Source: Desulfurivibrionaceae bacterium
GTDB lineage: Bacteria; Desulfobacterota; Desulfobulbia; Desulfobulbales; SURF-16
Assembly: GCA_041562995.1 (NCBI GenBank)
Contig: JBFFNX010000002.1
Span: 1 to 44,205, forward strand
Direction of reading: 5' to 3'
DNA length: 44,205 bases
Positions 35,698-44,205 of this stretch are shown here, in pieces. The first letter of the stretch is position 1, and each line of letters begins with the position of its first letter. Position numbers and translations under genes: made by a program. The notes beneath the pieces were generated by a model. That model was not told the origin of the DNA. It did not search any database and was given only the letters and a program-made list of their open reading frames with translations.

Positions 35698-35909
35698 ATT
35701 TTGTGTTTAACCAGGATGACAAGGTGAGGGCGGTCGTTGATTGCTGCCGGGATGATGCGAGGAGTTCATGGGAGGGGAAGGGTGGGCGGAAGTGGAGCAG
35801 AGAAGCGAACAGAATGAGAAGTGGAGCGCCGGGGCATGCCCCTGAAGGGGAACCTCTACCTTTCAGCACCATACACATGCCGAAAGCACATGGGATGGAA
35901 GGGTTGGGC

Positions 35910-37274
35910 TTAATTTTTGTCAGATTTATATTCCGGATCCAGGAGCTGGAATTTTTTCATCCGCCGCCAGAGGGTGGTTCGCGGCAGGTTGAGGATCACG
36001 CTGGCTAAGTTCTTGTTGTAGTTAGTTCTCGCAAGGACCTTGGCAATGTGTCTCTTCTCGACCTCTTCCAGGGGCATCAATTGTTCTGGTGGAGCAACAT
36101 TATCCGCTCGTTCCCTAAGCCTGGCCGGCAGATCACGAATCTGGATGCGCTTGGTGTCGGCCAAGGCCACGGCCCGCTGGATAATATTTTCCAGCTCCCG
36201 GACATTGCCTGGGTAGTCGTAGGCGGTCAGGATGTCCATAACCTGTGGGGAGACGCCCTTGATCTGCTTGTTAAAGGCCAGATTAAATTTATCAATGAAG
36301 TGGGAGATAAACAGGGGAATGTCATCGCCACGTTCGGCCAGGCGGGGGAGGTGGAGAGCCACTACATTGAGGCGAAAGAAGAGATCTTCCCGAAAGGTGC
36401 CTTTTTGCACAGCCTCCCGCAGATTTCTGTTAGTGGCGGCGATGATGCGAATGTCAAGATCGATGGGCTGGGTGCTGCCCACCCTCATGATCTGGCGTTC
36501 CTGCAGGACGTGCAGGAGTTTGACTTGCATGGAGGGCGGCATTTCGCCAATTTCATCCAAGAGGACGGTGCCCCCTTCCGCCGCTTCAAAGAGACCGATC
36601 TTGGTTCGGGTGGCTCCGGTAAATGCCCCCTTCTCATGGCCGAAGAGTTCGGTGCTGATCAATTCTTCCGTGAAGCCGCCACAGTTGAAATAGATAAAAG
36701 GATGTTCTTTGCGGGGGCTCAAGGTGTGGATTGCCCGGGCCACTATTTGCTTGCCGGTGCCGGTTTCGGCCTGTAACAAAACATTGCAGTTGACCATGGC
36801 CAGTTTTTTGATCATGGCTAAAATTTCCTGCATGGCTGGGCTGGCGCCCACGAAATCGGCCATGAGGGTATCCTTGGCCATGGCCACTTTCAGTTTTCGG
36901 TTTTCTTCCTGGAGTTCAATTTTTTCACGGGCCAGTGAGGCAAGAAGGCGGATGTCCTGACGTTTGCACGGCTTATGGATGTAGTGAAAGGCGCCTTTCT
37001 GGGTGGCGTCCAAGGCTGTTTCCACAGAGCCGTGGCCGGTTATGATAATAGCCTCGGTATCCTCCCGAAGTCGTTTCACCTCATTTAAGATAGTAAGGCC
37101 GTCCATGTCCGGCAATTGCAGGTCGATGAAGACAATTGAAAAGGGCGCCTGTTGCATGCGGACAAGAAAAGGGGTGCCGGCCTGGAAGACCTCCACTTCA
37201 AAGCCTTCTTGGTCCAGGACCCGTTTGACCAGTTGGCCTGCTATTTTTTCATCATCAATAACTGCTACTCGCAT
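35910..37274 (-). CDS. NtrC-family sigma-54-dependent response regulator (REC-AAA+-HTH)
   Basis: 'MRVAVIDDE...FIDLQLPDMDG', Walker A 'LLQAETGTGKQ', the 'ELFGHEKGAFTGA' GAFTGA motif, and a C-terminal Fis-type HTH 'NKNLASVILNLPRTTLWRRMKKF'. Confidence 0.92.
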   Translation of the reverse strand: MRVAVIDDEKIAGQLVKRVLDQEGFEVEVFQAGTPFLVRMQQAPFSIVFIDLQLPDMDGLTILNEVKRLREDTEAIIITGHGSVETALDATQKGAFHYIHKPCKRQDIRLLASLAREKIELQEENRKLKVAMAKDTLMADFVGASPAMQEILAMIKKLAMVNCNVLLQAETGTGKQIVARAIHTLSPRKEHPFIYFNCGGFTEELISTELFGHEKGAFTGATRTKIGLFEAAEGGTVLLDEIGEMPPSMQVKLLHVLQERQIMRVGSTQPIDLDIRIIAATNRNLREAVQKGTFREDLFFRLNVVALHLPRLAERGDDIPLFISHFIDKFNLAFNKQIKGVSPQVMDILTAYDYPGNVRELENIIQRAVALADTKRIQIRDLPARLRERADNVAPPEQLMPLEEVEKRHIAKVLARTNYNKNLASVILNLPRTTLWRRMKKFQLLDPEYKSDKN

Positions 37275-38718
37275 TGCTTGTCGTTACCTGTGGCGGTGTT
37301 TCAGAAGCTATTGGCAGTATAATTGAAAAGGTGGTGCCGACATTCATCTCGCTCTTCACCTCGATATAGCCGCCGTGCTTTTTAACTATACCATAAACAA
37401 TGGAAAGCCCAAGGCCGGTGCCCTTGCCGACCTCTTTGGTGGTATAGAACGGGTCAAAGATATGCTCGATATTTTCAGGGGCAATGCCCGTGCCGGTATC
37501 ATTGACATTGATTCTTATATGCCCTGGTGGGTCTTCCTGGGCATCAATATGAATCAGCCCCCCCTTGGACATGACGTGGATGGCATTCAGGAAAAGATTG
37601 AGGAAAACCTGTTGCAGCTTTTGCATGTCACCCCAAATAGGAGGAAGATCTTCCGGAATAGCTATCACAAGCCAGATTGCATTCAAGCGCAGTTCGTTGT
37701 CGATCAATTTTTTGGTGGAAGCGAGAATTTCTTTGATATTGAGGAGCTGGACCAATGGTTTTTTATCCCTTGAAAAGTCGAGAATGTTTTTGACCACCTC
37801 ACTGGCCCGATGTGTTTCGGTAATAATATCGGCGATGATTTCTTGCGCCTCTTCCTGCGAGAGGTCGAGAAAATCCTCGCGCAGGGTTTCAGCCGACAGT
37901 GAGATGTTATTGAGAGGATTGTTGAGCTCATGGGCGATACCTGATGAAAAGGTCCCAATGGCTGCAAGTTTTCTTGACTGGATGAGCTGCTCCTGCCTGT
38001 TGTCGAGTTCAGATGCCATGGTGTTGAAATCACGGATCAGGTCGGTGATTTCATCCTGTTGCGGGCTATGGTAATCCAAGGGCTTAAAATTCCCATTAAG
38101 GATGCTCCTCGTTGCCTGCTGTACAAAGGCGATTCGGTCAAGGACACTTTTGGCCTGCAGGCGCAAGCCAATAATAATAAAAAGAAAGAAGACGCCGGTG
38201 ATTAGAATGAAGCTGGAAATGGTAAACTTGAAACTGTTGCGTATCCTCAGCTGTTTATTGTCCAAGAGCTCTCGGGTTAAGTCCACCAGCGCCTTGCCCT
38301 TCTGGCGTACGCCATTTTTTTCAATGGGGGTAATAGTGCCGTTGGTACGTGAAGAGGTGGAAAAAATATGCCTGTAGCCGACCAGATTGGAGCGAAACTC
38401 ACGGAATTTTTCAAGACCGATCACCCTGACGATATCCTTTTCGTGTTTGCTGATATCGGCATCAATCCTGTCGAGATACTCCATGAGAATCTCAATATTT
38501 TCAGAGCCTACTTGCAGAAAATAGTTTTTTTCGTAGCGGCGAACCTCAAGCACATTGTCGAAAAGATTGTGAAAATCCTCAAGGGTGGTCAGCTTCTTTT
38601 CGATTGAGAAAAACTGATAGGAATAGGCGATAACCAACAAGCCTATAAAGATAAAAATCAGAAAGTTGAGGAGATTCATGCTCTTTCTGAGTGTCGATGC
38701 ATGGGTGGATGGCGTCAT
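37255..38718 (-). CDS. Membrane sensor histidine kinase (2 TM, periplasmic loop, HAMP, HisKA, HATPase)
   Basis: 'SGIAHELNNPLNNI' H-box, 'NLFLNAIH' and 'DTGTGI...GTGLGLSIV'. Its 3' end overlaps the NtrC-type gene by 20 nt out of frame. ATG at 38718; the TTG at 38757 is in the ORF track. Confidence 0.88.
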   Translation of the reverse strand: MTPSTHASTLRKSMNLLNFLIFIFIGLLVIAYSYQFFSIEKKLTTLEDFHNLFDNVLEVRRYEKNYFLQVGSENIEILMEYLDRIDADISKHEKDIVRVIGLEKFREFRSNLVGYRHIFSTSSRTNGTITPIEKNGVRQKGKALVDLTRELLDNKQLRIRNSFKFTISSFILITGVFFLFIIIGLRLQAKSVLDRIAFVQQATRSILNGNFKPLDYHSPQQDEITDLIRDFNTMASELDNRQEQLIQSRKLAAIGTFSSGIAHELNNPLNNISLSAETLREDFLDLSQEEAQEIIADIITETHRASEVVKNILDFSRDKKPLVQLLNIKEILASTKKLIDNELRLNAIWLVIAIPEDLPPIWGDMQKLQQVFLNLFLNAIHVMSKGGLIHIDAQEDPPGHIRINVNDTGTGIAPENIEHIFDPFYTTKEVGKGTGLGLSIVYGIVKKHGGYIEVKSEMNVGTTFSIILPIASETPPQVTTSNASSSY

Positions 38719-38864
38719 ACTCTTCTTGCTCCAGTGGTAACCCTCACAATTCAACAACGGAAAATGGTGCAGTCGGGCCTATAATAGAAATCATCGGGAC
38801 CAGGTCACTAGATCTGAGGTGACAAAGGATAGCCGCTGCAACGGTTTCAGAAAAAGGACAACAT

Positions 38865-38914
38865 CCCTGCCCCGTTGTCAACGTCTTCCTTCAAGTTGGG
38901 AATGCGGGGCAGGG
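38865..38914. repeat. Inverted repeat CCCTGCCCCG ... CGGGGCAGGG (10-bp perfect GC-rich arms, 30-nt spacer)
   Basis: Seen directly in the spacer between ssb and the sensor kinase gene. Confidence 0.45.
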
Positions 38915-39053
38915 TTGGGGATATAGGCTACGACTTGCTTTTTTGGCAGAGAGCAGTGAGGGCGGTGCGCAAGGAGCTGCTCAGGGATAGTGTGGCAAAT
39001 AGATTTGGCTGTATCTATAAAGATGTCTTTGTTTAATGTTGCTCATGGTGCCC

Positions 39054-39090
39054 ATAAAAAAAGGGAACCTTAAAAAAAGGTTCCCTTTGT
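39054..39090 (-). terminator. Rho-independent terminator after ssb
   Basis: AAGGGAACCT (39061-39070) pairs with AGGTTCCCTT (39078-39087). On the minus strand a T-run follows. Confidence 0.7.
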
Positions 39091-39111
39091 GGTTACGGTA
39101 TTTGAGAAACC

Positions 39112-39525
39112 CTAAAACGGAACATCATCACCCATCCGTGGTTCAGCTGTGGGGGGCTCATTATAGGAACCACCGCCACTGCCACCGCCGCCCTGGTTGG
39201 GTTTGCTGTCGAGCATCTTCATCTCCCGGGCAACAATCTCTGTGGTATAGCGCTTGTTACCGTCCTTGTCATCCCATTGCCTGGTCTGGATCCGACCCTC
39301 AATATACACCTTGGAACCCTTAGAAAGATACTCACCGCAGATCTCGCCCAGGCGGGCAAAGGCGACCACGCGGTGCCATTCTGTTTGCTCCTGCTGAGCG
39401 CCAGACTGATCCTTCCAGCGTTCGGTGGTGGCTACATTGAAATTGGCAACGGCAGAACCGTTTTGGGTGTAACGAACCTCTGGGTCACCGCCGAGGTTGC
39501 CAATGATGATTGCCTTATTAACCAT
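39112..39525 (-). CDS. ssb: Single-stranded DNA-binding protein
   Basis: The OB-fold N-terminus '[37 protein letters not shown]', a Gly-rich linker and the acidic tail '...DDVPF'. AAGGAG SD before ATG 39525. Confidence 0.95.
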   Translation of the reverse strand: MVNKAIIIGNLGGDPEVRYTQNGSAVANFNVATTERWKDQSGAQQEQTEWHRVVAFARLGEICGEYLSKGSKVYIEGRIQTRQWDDKDGNKRYTTEIVAREMKMLDSKPNQGGGGSGGGSYNEPPTAEPRMGDDVPF

Positions 39526-39758
39526 GAATGTTTTCTCCTTTGACAAAAGTCATAATCATAGAAATGACATACCAATAATAAGGGTATGCCGATCCGATGC
39601 GTAACGTGTGACAGAATACAAAAACTTAAGAGGATAGCCAATCAAAAAAGATGGGGTGTGTAGCAATAAAAGAGAGGATCCGATGAATGCCTTACGCCGG
39701 TAATGATGAGGCTGAAAAGTATTTATCTGACCAGGAAGATAGCAGGCGCATTCAGGTC

Positions 39759-40889
39759 TTAGGCGCTCAGTTCAAAGGCCGTATCAAGGTCGTCAGGCAG
39801 GCTTTGGCTTTTGCCCGGGCTAAAACCGCAGTCCTGCCAGATCTCGTCACTTTCCATGCAGAAGTAAAGACAGGTGTGGGGGCTTGCCAGGGCCCGTATC
39901 TCGGTTAAGAGATGGTTGTACATTTCGACACGTAATGACCTGAAATAACGGTATTTATTGTCAAGACCAATGATGAATTCTTCGTGGAAGAAGGTGGAGC
40001 CCGGGAAACGGGTGAGGGCGATGGCTTTGAGCTGCGGTAAAAAACGAAGGGCTCCCAGGCTGATCCAGGCAATTTTTTCAACCGGAACGCTGGCAAAAAG
40101 TTTTTTGATTGTGGCGCTATAGCCCTCTTGCCAGCCCTCATGGTAGATGATCGGGTCAAAATGAAAGGCCAGTTTATAGCCCATTTCAGCGACCTGGCGG
40201 GCTGCGGTCAGGCGCTCATCCAGGCGGGCTGTGCGGATCTCTTCTTTGGCCATGATTTCTGTGGCATTTAAGGACCAGGCGATGATGGTCCTGCCATTAT
40301 GGTCAAGGCCTGCGAGATGCTCAATGGCCACCGATTTTGTTTTGAGCTCCAGGACACCTTTTTTCTTGTCGCGCATATAATTGATTAAATGCGGACTGAG
40401 GCCGGTGAGATGATCGATGGCCAGGGAGTCGGTGAATTCACCAGTGCCGATCCTCCAAAACTGACTGGTACGGGTAAAGGCCAAGTCGAGTTCGTGGAAC
40501 AGGTCATCGGTGTTGACAAAGAAACTGAGCCAGGGGTTGTTCAGGTAGGCCTGGAGGATGCAGTAGACGCAATCCATGGGGCAGCCCATGCCAATATTGA
40601 GAACATGGTAGTCGCAGCAGCGATATTCCCTGGTGCCGGGGCAGGGCTTAAAGAAGCTGCCCCGGTTTTTGCAAAGTAAGAGATGCTGTTTGCCGGCGTG
40701 CAGGTTTTGAGGGAAAGGTCCATAGGAAACAGGAGGGGCACTGCGATCGGCAATTATTTGGGTGGGAAGCTTGGCCCGGGCACAGATCTCCTCGACATAG
40801 GGCAGGTCGGCACAACCTTCTTCAATAAAGATCTGGCGGATATGCTGGGCCGGGTCGTAGGGCTTTTCTGGAGGTGTTGTTTCTGGCAT
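39759..40889 (-). CDS. Spore-photoproduct-lyase-family radical SAM protein
   Basis: The CX3CX2C cluster 'GCPMDCVYC', plus 'FTDSLAIDHLTG' and 'DPIIYHEGWQEGY', align by eye with B. subtilis SplB blocks 'TSDIVGIDHLTH' and 'APIYIHEGWEEGY'. Confidence 0.8.
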   Translation of the reverse strand: MPETTPPEKPYDPAQHIRQIFIEEGCADLPYVEEICARAKLPTQIIADRSAPPVSYGPFPQNLHAGKQHLLLCKNRGSFFKPCPGTREYRCCDYHVLNIGMGCPMDCVYCILQAYLNNPWLSFFVNTDDLFHELDLAFTRTSQFWRIGTGEFTDSLAIDHLTGLSPHLINYMRDKKKGVLELKTKSVAIEHLAGLDHNGRTIIAWSLNATEIMAKEEIRTARLDERLTAARQVAEMGYKLAFHFDPIIYHEGWQEGYSATIKKLFASVPVEKIAWISLGALRFLPQLKAIALTRFPGSTFFHEEFIIGLDNKYRYFRSLRVEMYNHLLTEIRALASPHTCLYFCMESDEIWQDCGFSPGKSQSLPDDLDTAFELSA

Positions 40890-41056
40890 GGGCCACCATA
40901 GACCAGGGCATGCTCTTGGTCAACAACGAGAACCTTTTGACCATGGTGATAGTCCTTAAAAAGATCTCGGTACCAGGACCAGGAACCGCTCAAGAAGGGA
41001 GGCGAGCGGCTGAGACGGCGATAGAGATAAGCTCTGTGTCGCTGGCCAACAGTGTT

Positions 41057-41518
41057 TTATGAGGCCCGCAACCTTTTTTGGCGGCGCTGGATGGCTTCTT
41101 TGTTGCGGCGCTGTTCTTCAAGGGTCTGGAAAACGGGCTGGGGCACCGCGCAGGGCACGCCCTTGTCATCAAGGGCCACAAAGGTGAGGTAGGCCGAAGC
41201 GATGTGATTTACCCGACCGCTGGTTAACTCCTCCTCTTCAACCCGGACCCCGATTTCCATGGAGGTCCGGCCCACCATATTGAGGCTGGCCTTGAGAAGC
41301 AGGAGGTTGCCAATGGCCACATGGTTGTGAAATTCCAGGTTGTCAAAGCTGCGCGTTACCACCATACAGCGGGCATGGCGGCTGGCCACCACGGCGGCGG
41401 CCTCGTCAATATACTTGGCAACGGCGCCGCCATGGACAAATCCCATGGGGTTGCCGTCCTTGGGCAGCATGAGGTGGGCCATGGTAATGGCCAGTTCGGA
41501 TGCGGGGTGCTCAGGCAT
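41057..41518 (-). CDS. Acyl-CoA thioesterase (hotdog fold, YciA-like)
   Basis: 'MLPKDGNPMGFVHGGAVAKYIDEAAAVVA' and 'VVTRSFDNLEFHNHVAIGNLL...GRTSMEIGVRV' are present. Start at 41518 with a GAGGAA SD; longer forms to 41569 or 41629 are possible. Confidence 0.78.
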   Translation of the reverse strand: MPEHPASELAITMAHLMLPKDGNPMGFVHGGAVAKYIDEAAAVVASRHARCMVVTRSFDNLEFHNHVAIGNLLLLKASLNMVGRTSMEIGVRVEEEELTSGRVNHIASAYLTFVALDDKGVPCAVPQPVFQTLEEQRRNKEAIQRRQKRLRAS

Positions 41519-41797
41519 TATTTCCTCTTCGATTTTTTTGGTCACTGATGAGTCTGTATTGTTTCCCATTTTGTCGGGCAAAGCAAGGGGGAAACCGTGA
41601 GCAGATTTAAAGAAAGCAAAAGATGGCAAATACTGGTAAATTGTTTGTTTTTTGACTTTTCAGGGTGGACACTGTGATCCTTGCTGGCTATACTCCTCAG
41701 CCTTGAATTAACCGGATGAATGGCCGTCATGCTTTCAGGGAATGCTTCCTGGTAGGATGACCGGCGTTTTTTATGTCCACCGAGCACTAAGAAAACT

Positions 41798-43384
41798 ATG
41801 AGTTTATATAAGAAAGAAGTTGAGAAAAGACGGACATTCGGGATCATTAGTCATCCTGATGCCGGTAAGACCACCCTCACCGAGAAGCTCCTTCTCTTTG
41901 GTGGTGCCATCCAGATGGCTGGCGCCGTCAAATCACGCAAAGCTGCGCGCCACGCCACCAGTGACTGGATGTCCATTGAGCAGGAACGTGGAATCTCGGT
42001 GACCAGTTCGGTGATGAAATTTAATTACCGTGATTTTGAAATCAATCTTCTCGACACCCCCGGGCATCAGGATTTTTCAGAGGACACCTACCGCGTTTTA
42101 ACGGCAGTGGATTCCGCCCTCATGGTCATCGATTTCGCCAAGGGTGTTGAGCCCCAGACCGAGAAATTGATGGAGGTTTGTCGCCTGCGTAATACTCCGA
42201 TAATCACCTTTATAAATAAGCTCGACCGCGAGGGCATGGACCCCTTGGCCATCATGAGCGAGATTGAGGATAAGCTGCAGGTTGAGTGTACCCCTCTCTC
42301 GTGGCCCATTGGTATGGGTAAGCGTTTTAAGGGCGTCTATAATATCTATAAAAAGAAGCTGCACCTCTTCAGCCCGGGCCAGGAAACCAGGGGGGATGAG
42401 GGTATCATCATTGATGACCTTGCTGATCCTCGTCTTGACGATCTTATCGGTGCCACAGAGGCCCAGGAGCTTCGCGGCGATATCGAGTTGCTTGAAGGCG
42501 CTGCCAATCCTTTTGAGCTCGAGCATTATCTTAAGGGCAGCCAGACCCCGGTATTTTTTGGCAGTGCCATTAATAATTTTGGGGTCAAGGAGATGCTTGA
42601 CGCCTTTGTGGAGCTTGCACCTGCACCTGGTGTGCGCCAGGCTGCCAGCCGAGAAGTTTCCGCCCTTGAGGATAGCTTTTCCGGCTTTGTTTTTAAGATC
42701 CAGGCCAATATGAACCCGGCCCACCGTGACCGTATCGCTTTTTTACGGATCTGTTCGGGTAAATTTACCCGGGGCATGAAGGTTCTTCATCATCGGATAG
42801 GCAAATCGATCACCCTGGCCAATGCCACCATCTTTATGGCCCAGGATCGGGCCAATGTTGAAGAGGCCTTTGCCGGCGATATCATCGGACTCCATAACCA
42901 TGGGACTATTAAAATCGGCGATACCTTCACCCAGAAGGAGGATCTTAAATTCACCGGCATTCCCAATTTTGCGCCAGAGCATTTCCGGCGGGTTATTTTA
43001 AAAAATCCTCTAAAGACCAAGCAATTGCAAAAGGGTTTGGTCCAACTTGCCGAGGAGGGCGCCGTTCAGGTCTTCAGGCCCATTATGGGCAGTGATTATA
43101 TCCTGGGAGCCGTGGGTATCCTGCAGTTTGATGTAACCATGGCTCGCCTCAAGGACGAATATTGGGTCGATGCAATCTATGAACCGGTGGAGTATGCTGC
43201 GGCGCGCTGGGTCGATTGCAAGGATAAAAAGCGACTCAAGGAGTTTGAGGCCCGCAATAAAGGCAGCCTGGCCCATGATGCCGAGGGTCATCTTACCTAT
43301 CTGGCCCCGGGCCAGTGGCATATCGGTTTTGTGGAAGAGCAGTGGCCCGACATCCTTTTTTATAAGACGCGGGAGCATAATTAG
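41798..43384 (+). CDS. prfC: Peptide chain release factor 3
   Basis: '[32 protein letters not shown]' ... '[14 protein letters not shown]' ... 'NKLDR' give the GTPase G1-G4 motifs in RF3 context. Confidence 0.95.
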   Translation: MSLYKKEVEKRRTFGIISHPDAGKTTLTEKLLLFGGAIQMAGAVKSRKAARHATSDWMSIEQERGISVTSSVMKFNYRDFEINLLDTPGHQDFSEDTYRVLTAVDSALMVIDFAKGVEPQTEKLMEVCRLRNTPIITFINKLDREGMDPLAIMSEIEDKLQVECTPLSWPIGMGKRFKGVYNIYKKKLHLFSPGQETRGDEGIIIDDLADPRLDDLIGATEAQELRGDIELLEGAANPFELEHYLKGSQTPVFFGSAINNFGVKEMLDAFVELAPAPGVRQAASREVSALEDSFSGFVFKIQANMNPAHRDRIAFLRICSGKFTRGMKVLHHRIGKSITLANATIFMAQDRANVEEAFAGDIIGLHNHGTIKIGDTFTQKEDLKFTGIPNFAPEHFRRVILKNPLKTKQLQKGLVQLAEEGAVQVFRPIMGSDYILGAVGILQFDVTMARLKDEYWVDAIYEPVEYAAARWVDCKDKKRLKEFEARNKGSLAHDAEGHLTYLAPGQWHIGFVEEQWPDILFYKTREHN

Positions 43385-43420
43385 CAGGCCTTATGTATGC
43401 AACAGCCTCCTCATTCTGAT

Positions 43421-44205
43421 ATGGGATCAGCCACTCGGCGATATCTTTTTATACTCCTTGGCCTCCTTTTTCTGGCACCGTCCTGGCCTGCTGCTGCAGC
43501 CCAGCAGGGCCCGCAACAGAAGAATATCTTTGTCCTTCATTCCTATCATAGCGGCCTCGGCTGGGTTGAGGATGTCAACGACGGGCTGTATAAGGTACTG
43601 CTTGCCAAGGACCAGCAGAATCTTGAGCTTCATATTGAATATATGGATGCCCAGCGTCTTGATAATTCTGATAACTTCCAGCTCCTGCGCAAACAGCTGA
43701 CTCAGAAGTACAGTTCTTGGCAATTTTCCGCCGTGATTGCCGTCGATGATATCGCCATCAATTTCCTGGCCCGTTTTCATGGGGAGATCTTCCCCGGAGC
43801 GGCAACCCTTTTTTGCGGCAAGATCGGCAGCCTCCCTCCTGAGAAATATGGTATAGAGGGCTTTGCCGGCGTGGTGGAAAATGTTGATGTCCATGCAACC
43901 TTGCAAGCCGGCCTTAATCTTTATCCAAATACCACGCGCATCATCGTCATAAATGATCGCAGTGTTGATGGCCTCCTCCTTGATCCTCTCTTTCAGAGGG
44001 AGGTGAAGAACTTCCCCTCCCTCAAGTTTGAATTTTTCTCACCGCCATCCATGGATGATCTGGTCAATATGGTGAAAGGCCTCAGCGGGAATACCTTGGT
44101 TCTCCTGGGGAATTTTACCCGCGACGAGTCAGGGGGTGTCTTTACCAACAAGCGTTCTTCCTGGCTCATCGCCAGCCGCTGTAAGGTGCCTATTTTCAGT
44201 ATGTG
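43421..44205 (+). CDS. Partial (5' part) secreted protein with ABC-substrate-binding-like periplasmic sensor domain; probably the N-terminus of a sensor kinase or cyclase
   Basis: My own translation from ATG 43421 is MGSATRRYLFILLGLLFLAPSWPAAAAQQGPQQKNIFVLHSYHSGLGWVEDVNDGLYKVL... It stays open to the window end, so it is absent from the ORF track. The 'VLHSYHxGxxW' block is typical of this sensor domain. Confidence 0.6.
   Translation, partial: MGSATRRYLFILLGLLFLAPSWPAAAAQQGPQQKNIFVLHSYHSGLGWVEDVNDGLYKVLLAKDQQNLELHIEYMDAQRLDNSDNFQLLRKQLTQKYSSWQFSAVIAVDDIAINFLARFHGEIFPGAATLFCGKIGSLPPEKYGIEGFAGVVENVDVHATLQAGLNLYPNTTRIIVINDRSVDGLLLDPLFQREVKNFPSLKFEFFSPPSMDDLVNMVKGLSGNTLVLLGNFTRDESGGVFTNKRSSWLIASRCKVPIFSM

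Noticed and set aside
35691-36008. 105-aa (+) and 60-aa (-) ORFs in or next to the long spacer
   Set aside because: The translations are Gly/Arg/Pro-rich and low complexity. One overlaps the 3' end of the NtrC-type gene. There is no SD. I treat the region as non-coding regulatory DNA.
36048-36776. 242-aa and 153-aa plus-strand ORFs
   Set aside because: They are antisense to the NtrC-type AAA+ activator, which has Walker A and GAFTGA motifs.
42098-42724. 208-aa minus-strand ORF
   Set aside because: It is antisense to prfC.
43427-43906. 159-aa minus-strand ORF at the window end
   Set aside because: The opposite (+) frame from 43421 is open to the window end and encodes a signal peptide plus a recognisable sensor-domain block. 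The minus ORF is a shadow.
1-44205. CRISPR arrays, tRNA/rRNA genes, IS elements, integrases, prophage or defence-island hallmarks
   Set aside because: By eye I saw no regularly spaced direct repeats, no cloverleaf-like sequences in the intergenic regions, and no transposase, integrase or recombinase-like ORFs in the six-frame track. A tRNAscan/Infernal/ISfinder pass would confirm this.

Overview
This is a 44.2-kb chromosomal window with about 38 protein-coding genes. I recognised no rRNA, tRNA, CRISPR array, IS or prophage by eye. The gene content is Desulfobacterota-like: sigma-54 and two-component parts, universal stress proteins, a small membrane-anchored dihaem cytochrome and a radical-SAM enzyme. 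That taxonomic guess is inference only.

Housekeeping genes: greA, purD-purE-tsaC, tsaE, mutL, purC, ssb, prfC, a CbpA-like J-protein and ktrBA.

Less-understood blocks:
(i) A DegT-type sugar aminotransferase followed by a 1368-aa TPR protein with a C-terminal beta-barrel.
(ii) Hpt-HDOD-hybrid histidine kinase on the + strand, converging on an RsbW-like kinase/STAS/stand-alone receiver trio on the - strand. No PP2C phosphatase or sigma factor is present.
(iii) A FeeM-like N-acyl amino acid synthase adjacent to (1-nt gap) or overlapping a VAO/PCMH-type 4-phenol-oxidising flavoprotein.
(iv) A 12.4-kb co-directional minus-strand block. In order: sensor kinase + NtrC-type sigma-54 activator; a 658-bp spacer carrying three copies of TGTTTCA-N3-TGAAWT; TauE/SafE permease + TIGR02186-like membrane protein; a PpsA-like ATP-grasp/phosphohistidine-swivel protein lacking the canonical PEP/pyruvate TIM-barrel and translationally coupled (ATGA) to a stand-alone receiver; two tandem-USP proteins; KtrB-KtrA.

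Block (iv) is my top candidate for an undescribed system, and block (iii) is second. All functional calls come from reading motifs in the supplied translations. No database search was run.
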